A stretch of DNA of 39,765 nucleotides from a virus, in IMG/VR virus record IMGVR_UViG_3300029115_000083; one strand, 5' to 3'. The notes below the pieces were generated by a model. It did no database searches and was not told where the DNA came from. It saw only the letters and a list, made by a program, of their open reading frames with translations. Shown here one piece after another: positions 33,235-39,765 of the stretch. The translations under genes were made by a program, and so were the position numbers. Each line of letters opens with the position of its first letter. Position 1 is the first letter of the stretch.

Positions 33235-33277
33235 ATTCTACCTTTTATTTCCAGTTTTGTTATATATGTGTGTAGTG

Positions 33278-34141
33278 TTAAGAAAGTGGAATAAAAATAC
33301 ATCTAGTACCCCAACCACTCCAGTTTCCACCATTTTTGTATGATGTGATATGAATTCTATCACCCTTGGAACATTTTCCGGAAAAAATGGATGTCAGTGT
33401 GTAGTAATTCCCGTTTTTTCCAATTATAACATCATTCAACTTGCAAGTGATTTCTTGCGCGTAAGTCCCACTATTCAAGTTCGAGTTTACTGCAACAACA
33501 AATGCATACGTAATGCCGGATTTTAAAAAATTGGTTGTGTCAAATGTAACACTTCCTGTTGACGTTGAATCAATGAATATTGGTTTCCTATTCTCTAAAA
33601 CAGTGTTGGCTTTTGCAAGATTCGTATTCGTATTTGTCAATTTTCTACTTAATCCAGAAAGTCCATCCGTCACACTCAACAAACTCTTCACTTCTGTAAC
33701 ATTGATTCCATCATAATGCACTTCAAAAGCCGGGCATTCATCCACAAGATCTCCATTCTGCAAATTTCCCGAAGTGTATGCCGGCACTGCCGGATTACTT
33801 GCAACCGGTTTTCCCTGGATTACCTTCCAACTACAGTTTTCAACCTCTGTCTCTGCATTTCTGGTATACCGATTTACAATAAGATCAATCCTTTTCATTC
33901 CCTGACTACCATTTGTCAGTGTAACCTCATCATAAGTACCAATGTCCACGCAAGATATACAGCCGTGATGCGCCATCATCCCACTTCGGATTTTCAGCAG
34001 ATTATTACTGCTAAGTTCCGGTTTCAGATTCTCTCCACTTGTTATAATATAACTCCCCTGCCCGATAATCCCCTCCAGCATCTGCCGGAACTGCTGCGAA
34101 GTCACATGTGGTGATCCGGTTCTTCCAGATACAATTTTCAT
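33278..34141 (-). CDS. Tail fibre / receptor-binding protein candidate
   Basis: 287 aa, the last gene of the tail-tip block. The N-terminus MKIVSGRTGSPHVTSQQFRQM is conserved among Firmicute phage fibre-like proteins, and the C-terminal half is Asn/Ser/Thr/Gly-rich. Confidence 0.6.
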   Translation of the reverse strand: MKIVSGRTGSPHVTSQQFRQMLEGIIGQGSYIITSGENLKPELSSNNLLKIRSGMMAHHGCISCVDIGTYDEVTLTNGSQGMKRIDLIVNRYTRNAETEVENCSWKVIQGKPVASNPAVPAYTSGNLQNGDLVDECPAFEVHYDGINVTEVKSLLSVTDGLSGLSRKLTNTNTNLAKANTVLENRKPIFIDSTSTGSVTFDTTNFLKSGITYAFVVAVNSNLNSGTYAQEITCKLNDVIIGKNGNYYTLTSIFSGKCSKGDRIHITSYKNGGNWSGWGTRCIFIPLS

Positions 34142-35136
34142 TCTTCATCTTCTCCTTCCAGTTTATAAGTAATTGATTCCACATCATTCGTAATCTCATA
34201 AATGATATTTTCGATAGGTTTTGACATATACATCCCAGTCAGGTAATCCCTGCCACCGACAATATCTCCGATCCCAACCTCGATTCCAAGCTTTGCAACA
34301 TCCATCTGAAATGTCTTTTTATTCATCAGCTTCTGCAATTGTTCCGCGGACGTTTTCTCCAGCTCTGCTGTTTCTGTGCTCGTATTTTCGTATACTGCTG
34401 AGATCTCATTCAGTCCTTTGTAATACTGCGTCTTTCCAATGCTTCCATCTTTCTGCACATACAGATGGAATATGTTCCTCTCCTGCATTTCCCCTTTTCC
34501 GGTTACGACCAGATGATTTACGCCATTTTGTTTATCATCCATCGTGAAATTCAGTCGACTGTCCTGTGACAATTCAATCTGCGCAGAATAATCAGTAATC
34601 GGAACTGCTTCAATCAGAATATAACATGGCTCGTCCTGTTCTTTGATCAGTCGGATTTGCAGGCGGTATCCGACACTTTTCAGCATTTTAGTAAGACCTT
34701 CCAGTAATGTGCAGTACCGGTCAAATTGAAAATTCTTTACAGATATACCCGTGTCTTCTGATGAAACTCTGAATAATCCATCAAACTCCGGCTCGATCAG
34801 TGTTTTCATTACCTGATTCAGTTCTCCGGATACTGTTTTATAATCCGATCCGGCAGGCGGCTCGATCACCTTATACTGCAGTCTTCCCCGCCATGTGATT
34901 CCCTTCAGCTCCACATAATCCAGCGTTGTATCTGTCAGCACCTCTCCGATAATGCCTCCATATTCCGTCTCCGTAATATACACATAACTTGAAAAGGTCA
35001 GCTCCGGATACCAGTTCGACCTTGCAATCTGTACAGAGAATTCGTACTCGCCATTCGTATCCACTGTGATATTTGAGTCCAAAATCGCTCCCAGTTCTCT
35101 TCCATCACTATCTGCAAGAATTATGTCCTTTACCAC
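34138..35136 (-). CDS. Tail tip / baseplate protein (Sipho_Gp37-like)
   Basis: 332 aa following Dit, with 4-nt overlaps at both ends. The N-terminal pattern ILADSDGRELGAILDS...EFSV resembles Gp37-like tail proteins. Confidence 0.6.
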   Translation of the reverse strand: MVKDIILADSDGRELGAILDSNITVDTNGEYEFSVQIARSNWYPELTFSSYVYITETEYGGIIGEVLTDTTLDYVELKGITWRGRLQYKVIEPPAGSDYKTVSGELNQVMKTLIEPEFDGLFRVSSEDTGISVKNFQFDRYCTLLEGLTKMLKSVGYRLQIRLIKEQDEPCYILIEAVPITDYSAQIELSQDSRLNFTMDDKQNGVNHLVVTGKGEMQERNIFHLYVQKDGSIGKTQYYKGLNEISAVYENTSTETAELEKTSAEQLQKLMNKKTFQMDVAKLGIEVGIGDIVGGRDYLTGMYMSKPIENIIYEITNDVESITYKLEGEDEE

Positions 35137-35912
35137 GGCGGCTCCCTCCTGTTCAAAAATAAAGTCAGGTCAAATCCATAATCCCCGGACCAGTTAATAT
35201 TTAAAAGCCCGGATGGTATTCTCTCGAAAACAGTTTGTTTCTGTGCTCTCTGATTAAATAAATTTTGTACCGTTCCATTCGTCAAATACCTTCGGATCGT
35301 TCTTTTCTGGCTATCTATGATCAGATATTCCCTGCTTTCAAGCGTTACGAAAAACTCATAAGGATAATCGTTGATCAGAATCTTCGGATTTACACATGGT
35401 CCGTAAATGATCATCCGGTACTCGCTTGGAATGATGTGATCAACATCCCATGCTGCGATTCCTCTTTTTTCTCCGGCAAAATCAAACGGATAGTCATACT
35501 GAAAGTCGATTCCGGATGCTGCCGTTTCTTCCAATTGTGGAAAAAACTGTCTTGTCGCTTCTACTACCCATACAAGCTCCGGAGCCTGGAAGGTGATCTC
35601 CACTTCCGAATACACATACCCCTTCCATCCTTCTTTCGCTGACTTCAACACCCTGCATCTTAAATATGCACCATTCACGTACAGCTTCCCGTAGGCATCA
35701 TTTTCTGCATCAACTGCAATGATCCGGTATAGCTGCTCCATATTCGACTGAAATTCTTCCCGCTTTCCAAATACATCAATCGTCACTGTTTTTTCATATC
35801 CGTCCGAAGACTCTGACCAGTCCGCATCGAACCAGTCAGTCTTCGTTGTACGAAAAGGAGCTTTCAAAAGATTCAGCTTTTCGCCATTCATATTTTCATA
35901 ATACACAATCAT
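35130..35912 (-). CDS. Distal tail protein (Dit)
   Basis: 260 aa immediately after the tape measure gene, with a 4-nt overlap. Size and position are typical of siphovirus Dit. Confidence 0.7.
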   Translation of the reverse strand: MIVYYENMNGEKLNLLKAPFRTTKTDWFDADWSESSDGYEKTVTIDVFGKREEFQSNMEQLYRIIAVDAENDAYGKLYVNGAYLRCRVLKSAKEGWKGYVYSEVEITFQAPELVWVVEATRQFFPQLEETAASGIDFQYDYPFDFAGEKRGIAAWDVDHIIPSEYRMIIYGPCVNPKILINDYPYEFFVTLESREYLIIDSQKRTIRRYLTNGTVQNLFNQRAQKQTVFERIPSGLLNINWSGDYGFDLTLFLNRREPPW

Positions 35913-38443
35913 ACCTGTGGCACTGCTCCTTTCGGTAATGGTCTGTCTATACGTTTCGTATCCAGGAATACCGGCTTATTGCCATTTTCTTTTGCAATCT
36001 TCCTCTGGATACGTTCAAATCTGTCGTAATCAAATCCTTGATCCTTAAAGATCGGATTATTCTTTATTCCGCCTACCGTTTTATCCGGATTAACGGATGT
36101 TGTAAGCTGCACACTTCTTTGCAGACTCTGGACTGCTTTTTGTACTCCGGCATTCATGGATCCGACCGGAATATTCTTCTCAAATCCGATTCCCATACCA
36201 AGAGCCATCATCTTACCAACCTGGTCCCGGAATACTCTCGATGGAGAATGAATACCAAGTTTTGACTTGATTGCATCTAATGCGCTACTTGCCACAGATG
36301 TTGCCGCGCTGATCAGGCTTCCTACCGCACTGGATATACCACTTGCAATTCCGGAAATGATATTCATACCAACACTACCCCAGTTTACACTGGTAAATGC
36401 ATTTTTGATCTGGCTGATCATGGATGGAATCTTACCAAGTAACGCCGGGATTCCCTGAACCAGTCCGACTGCGAGCTGCGCGATAATCTTCACACCAGTC
36501 TGTATGATCTTCGGCAAATTCGTGATAATCGTAGATGCCAGCTTGCCGATGATAACCGGTGCTTTCGCTGCCACCTGCGGAATCGCGTTTGCAATTCCCT
36601 GTGCCAAGCCTTCCATTAACTGTAATCCGGAAGTTATTAACTGCGGAAGATTACTGATCAGCGACTCAACCAGAGTCAGGATCATCTGTACCGCTACCGG
36701 AATTAACTGCGGAAGTTGTGCACCCAGGCTACTTACCAGAGTTGCTATGATGCTTGCGCCTACGGAAATGAGCGATGGTAGATTTGCCGTAATTGCATTC
36801 ATCAATCCCAGGATCAGGGTTGCACCTGATGAAATCAGTCCCGGAAGCGCTGCTGTGATTCCTGCTCCAAAGTTGGATATGATCTCCGGTCCTTTGGTCT
36901 GCGCCAGAAGCAGGATCTGGTCAATCTGTGTACCAAACTGACTGTAAACCAGTCCAAGACCGGCTACCACAACGGCTGCAACTGCACCGAAATTCATCAA
37001 CCCTACAAATGACGGAATAAAGCCGGCTACTGTTCCAAGAACTCCCTGCAAAGCAGAACCAATCTGTCCGCCCCATGCTCCCAGATAACCGGCAGTATCT
37101 CCAAGTAGTGAAAACGCGCTTGTAATTCTGGGGATTTTTGATGCGATTGCAGAACCGATTTTGCTGACTGCCCCACCGATTTTTCCCGGAACACTGGAAA
37201 CTACCTTGCCGATTTTTCCGACAGTAGCTGACAATTTCGGAGTCAGTACCTGAAATGGTCCCGTAACTGCACTGCCGAGCCCTTTCAGGCTACCCGTAAA
37301 ATCTTTCCGGAAATTTGCAGCCGATTTTGTTGCACTTTTGAATCCCTTCGGAAGCTTTCCAAGTTCAGATAAAACACCAGTTGTAAGTCCGCTGAATCCG
37401 GATACAGCTGACTGTACATTACCGATCTGTGATCCGAATAATGAGATCACCGGTCCGGCTCCTGCAAGCACTGCTGCAGTCTTGCCAAGATTCATGAGCT
37501 CATCCGTGCTCATGTTCTTTAACCTATCTGCTAATTTTCCGACACTATCTGTAAGTCCCTTTAATTGCGGAACCGCTTCACCGATTTTTCCGGATAAGGA
37601 TTCCACCACATCCATTCCGGTCTTTCCCAGACGCGGGATCATTTGACCAAGATTATTTAAGATATTCTTTGCCGCTGTCCAGAATGTGTCAACCAGGTCG
37701 TTCGCACTGATTACACCGGCTTCAAAATTTTCCCAGGCGGCTTTAGCAGAATTAACAGAACCTTCAATCGTTGTAGAGGCTTCTTTTGCGGAAGTTCCTG
37801 TGATTCCGAGATTTTGCTGGACTTTGTGAATTGCCTGAATCATCTGGTCAAACGTTACATTATCCAGATCTTCTATTTTTTCATTTAAGATACCGGAATC
37901 ATTGATCAATCGGATCATTTCCGACTGTGTACCGCCGTAACCTAATTTAAGGTTATCCAACATTGTGTAATTCTTCTTTGCAAAGCCCTGATAGGCATTC
38001 TGGATATCCTGCATATTCGTACCCATCTTATTGGCATTGTCTGCCATATCAATGATCGCCATATCCGCTATCTCTGCAGCCTTTGCAGTATCTCCGCCTA
38101 AGCCCTGTAGTAATGATGCTGAAAAGCTTGTAACCGTTGACATGTAATCATTAGCAGAAAGCTGTGCTGTTTTGAACGCATTGTTTGCGTTTCTGATCAC
38201 TGTCTTGGCACTATCTTTAAATAGTGTCTCTACACCACCGACCTGCTGCTCCATATTGGCGACTACACCAAGAGAAGACTTTACAATCGCCGCTGCTCCA
38301 GTTCCTACAACTGCAACAACTCCGGTCATTGCCTTGCTGACTACAGATAAGCCACTTTTTCCAAGACTTCCAAGCTTATTTATGCCTTCATTGAACCCAC
38401 TCTCATTGATTTTGGTATCAAAATTCAAATATCCATCTGCCAT
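35909..38443 (-). CDS. Tape measure protein
   Basis: 844 aa, the longest tail gene. It has Ala/Gly/Ile/Ser-rich helical repeats and hydrophobic segments and follows the chaperone genes. Confidence 0.9.
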   Translation of the reverse strand: MADGYLNFDTKINESGFNEGINKLGSLGKSGLSVVSKAMTGVVAVVGTGAAAIVKSSLGVVANMEQQVGGVETLFKDSAKTVIRNANNAFKTAQLSANDYMSTVTSFSASLLQGLGGDTAKAAEIADMAIIDMADNANKMGTNMQDIQNAYQGFAKKNYTMLDNLKLGYGGTQSEMIRLINDSGILNEKIEDLDNVTFDQMIQAIHKVQQNLGITGTSAKEASTTIEGSVNSAKAAWENFEAGVISANDLVDTFWTAAKNILNNLGQMIPRLGKTGMDVVESLSGKIGEAVPQLKGLTDSVGKLADRLKNMSTDELMNLGKTAAVLAGAGPVISLFGSQIGNVQSAVSGFSGLTTGVLSELGKLPKGFKSATKSAANFRKDFTGSLKGLGSAVTGPFQVLTPKLSATVGKIGKVVSSVPGKIGGAVSKIGSAIASKIPRITSAFSLLGDTAGYLGAWGGQIGSALQGVLGTVAGFIPSFVGLMNFGAVAAVVVAGLGLVYSQFGTQIDQILLLAQTKGPEIISNFGAGITAALPGLISSGATLILGLMNAITANLPSLISVGASIIATLVSSLGAQLPQLIPVAVQMILTLVESLISNLPQLITSGLQLMEGLAQGIANAIPQVAAKAPVIIGKLASTIITNLPKIIQTGVKIIAQLAVGLVQGIPALLGKIPSMISQIKNAFTSVNWGSVGMNIISGIASGISSAVGSLISAATSVASSALDAIKSKLGIHSPSRVFRDQVGKMMALGMGIGFEKNIPVGSMNAGVQKAVQSLQRSVQLTTSVNPDKTVGGIKNNPIFKDQGFDYDRFERIQRKIAKENGNKPVFLDTKRIDRPLPKGAVPQV

Positions 38444-38487
38444 ACTATCATCCTTTCTGATAGCACGGCTCAGGGGCTCACAAGTGC

Positions 38488-38643
38488 TTAATTCTTAATT
38501 TTTATCTCCACCTCCCGTCGGCATTTGCGGCATTTTACATACAGTCCGCTGCACACTGCAGTATCTGCGTAAACAAGCAGATGCTGACCGCAGTACGGAC
38601 ACGGATACCACTCACGCCGTGTCGGTATTTTAATTTCCATCAT
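38488..38643 (-). CDS. Unlisted 51-aa zinc-ribbon ORF (Cys-rich KTR-like)
   Basis: Hand translation: MMEIKIPTRREWYPCPYCGQHLLVYADTAVCSGLYVKCRKCRREVEIKIKN. It contains CxxC...CxxC, and its ATG overlaps the upstream TGA (ATGA). Confidence 0.5.
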   Translation of the reverse strand: MMEIKIPTRREWYPCPYCGQHLLVYADTAVCSGLYVKCRKCRREVEIKIKN

Positions 38644-39215
38644 GAGAACATATCTCCAATCTCATAATCATCAAGCTTTCGCTGTTTCTTTTTCAGTGCA
38701 ACAGCTCTCTGGATCTTCTTGATCCGTTTACGTTCGTCCTTGTCCCGGATTGTTCCAGGATCAATCGAACGATACATAATCCGTTGTTTAATCTCTGTAC
38801 CATCCGGCAACCAGTCAAACAAGCTCCGGAACTCCCACCAGTGCATATAATCGATCTGCTGCAGGTCAATTCCATATGCCTCCCGGAACGCTGCATAAAT
38901 GCAGCCGGCATCTTCCGAAAAAGAAAATACCGGCTTCCCACTTTTCTGCTGCTCTTCCTCTTCATCTTCCAGATCATCCTGGTACATCCTTTTGCACATC
39001 AGGAAATCTCCGAGTGCATAAATTGCAGCTTCAATATCTTCCGGAACCTGATCCAGATACCACTGCAACAGAAGTCCACATTTGATCCGCCACGGAACCG
39101 AGTCGTCTTCAACCAGCTCCGTAAAACGGATCCATTCACGGAAATCTGTCACGATCGGGTAGTACTCCCCGTTCACCTTGATTTCTTCCGGAAACTGCTC
39201 ATATAAAATATTCAT
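38640..39215 (-). CDS. Phage Gp15-like protein (tail assembly region)
   Basis: 191 aa. MNILYEQFPEEIKVNGEYYPIVTDFREWIRF resembles the Phage_Gp15 family. It lies between the chaperone and the TMP. Confidence 0.65.
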   Translation of the reverse strand: MNILYEQFPEEIKVNGEYYPIVTDFREWIRFTELVEDDSVPWRIKCGLLLQWYLDQVPEDIEAAIYALGDFLMCKRMYQDDLEDEEEEQQKSGKPVFSFSEDAGCIYAAFREAYGIDLQQIDYMHWWEFRSLFDWLPDGTEIKQRIMYRSIDPGTIRDKDERKRIKKIQRAVALKKKQRKLDDYEIGDMFS

Positions 39216-39221
39216 GCTCTG

Positions 39222-39665
39222 CTACCTTCCGGTATTGGAATATTTTCCCTTACCATACTGTTTCTGGTAGTTTCTTCTCCGCTGACGGTTTCCGCTTGAC
39301 TGTGGCTGTGGATTAGGAAACTGCTGCGTTGTATTTTGATTTGGTACGTACTTATCATATTTATCGTCCAGTTTCTTTGCTTCTGCTGTTTCAAAGTCTA
39401 ACAATGATTCAGCCGCTTCGTTACACAGCTTGATGCTGTTCTTTCCACAAAGGATCCGCTCCCCTGCTCCCTCGCCAAACAGGGTATCGAAGAACACATA
39501 AAAACACGCACACCGCGCGCGGATGATATCACTGTTCTTTCCGACTACCGGAACATTCTGCTCCGCTTCAAACATTTCTGCTTTTGCTTCCTCTAACACA
39601 TCTAAAAAATCCGCATCCGTGAAATCCACTTCTGCTTCAAAATCTCCAAATTTCCAAAGGCTCAT
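39222..39665 (-). CDS. Tail assembly chaperone
   Basis: 147 aa with an acidic N-terminal half (FEAEVDFTDADFLDVLEEAK) and a Gln/Asn/basic tail. It is the first gene after the major tail protein across the circular junction. Confidence 0.65.
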   Translation of the reverse strand: MSLWKFGDFEAEVDFTDADFLDVLEEAKAEMFEAEQNVPVVGKNSDIIRARCACFYVFFDTLFGEGAGERILCGKNSIKLCNEAAESLLDFETAEAKKLDDKYDKYVPNQNTTQQFPNPQPQSSGNRQRRRNYQKQYGKGKYSNTGR

Positions 39666-39666
39666 A

Positions 39667-39765
39667 GGCTCACTCTCCCATTTCTTCTTTATTCTCCGCC
39701 ATCAGTGAATGTACAGGTCCTCCATCCGTCTGTGGTGGTTGCAGTACCCTTTGTGATTTCTCCGG
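39667..39765. repeat. Terminal direct repeat, copy 2 (identical to 1-99)
   Basis: Same 99-bp string as the window start. It contains the 3' end of the major tail protein gene. Confidence 0.95.

Larger units (their letters stand above)
1..39666. mobile_element. Complete temperate siphovirus-like phage genome (circular unit 39,666 bp)
   Basis: Lysogeny, replication, packaging, head, tail and lysis modules are all present. The window ends with an exact copy of its first 99 bp, so gene order is continuous across the junction (major tail protein, then tail chaperones). Confidence 0.9.

Noticed and set aside
33278-34141. Possibility of a diversity-generating retroelement acting on the fibre gene
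   Set aside because: No reverse transcriptase ORF is present in the genome, and I noticed no template/variable repeat pair matching the fibre 3' end.
39215-39224. The chaperone TAG stop and the Gp15-like ATG are in the same frame, separated by 2 codons, which could allow a read-through fusion
   Set aside because: The in-frame arrangement has a 1-in-3 chance expectation. The downstream gene has its own SD (ggaagg) and ATG, and I could not identify a read-through context.
39243-39249. Lambda-like slippery heptamer G GGA AAA in the 0 frame, 8 codons before the tail chaperone stop, suggesting a G/GT -1 frameshift
   Set aside because: Hand translation of the -1 frame from the slip site gives only GKIFQYRKVAEHEYFI and then TGA. 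There is no T-like extension, so a productive programmed frameshift is not supported.
1-39765. Searched by eye for CRISPR arrays, tRNA/tmRNA genes and rRNA fragments
   Set aside because: I saw no regularly spaced 25-40-bp direct repeats and no cloverleaf-like GC-rich 70-90-nt islands in the few intergenic gaps. A tRNAscan or Infernal run would be needed to exclude small RNAs formally.

Overview
The window is a complete temperate siphovirus-type phage genome. Its last 99 bp (39667-39765) are identical to its first 99 bp, so the sequence closes into a 39,666-bp circle. The host is probably a Gram-positive, Clostridia-like bacterium, judging by the GH25+CW_7+LysM endolysin, TcdE-type holin, large serine integrase and Prp protease. 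Almost all genes lie on the minus strand in one direction. The order is: cro-like gene (23.7 kb), small early genes, a replication module (PC4/YdbC-like, DUF2800 nuclease, DUF2815 SSB-like, family-A DNA polymerase, AEP-primase/VirE helicase, VRR-NUC, SNF2), a sigma-r4-like late activator, then terS/terL/portal/MuF, Prp/scaffold/HK97 capsid, four connector proteins and the major tail protein. The order continues across the circular junction with tail chaperones, tape measure, Dit, tail tip, fibre, accessory Ig-like proteins, holin and endolysin. The plus strand carries the lysogeny arm: a cI-like S24 repressor (23907), an AT-rich cargo island (24579-26989) and a large serine integrase (27193-28584). 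The most interesting content is that cargo island. It holds a TM2-HIRAN membrane protein, a DUF4231/SLATT two-TM protein, an antisense PGDYG-like ORF, a ThsB-type TIR-like protein and a Uma2 nuclease. I read the SLATT+TIR pair as a candidate minimal Thoeris-like abortive-infection module with no recognisable sensor domain. Other notable points:
- a MuF protein with a C-terminal toxin-like module and a coupled small ORF
- a phage-encoded Prp protease with a matching N-terminal motif on scaffold and capsid
- an iteron/AT-rich candidate origin
- a 5'-truncated tyrosine recombinase inside the tail-fibre region
- a 52-bp concentric palindrome next to int (attP candidate)
- several counter-oriented or self-promoted AT-rich membrane-protein morons.
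All domain calls come from reading the translations by eye. No HMM or BLAST search was run.
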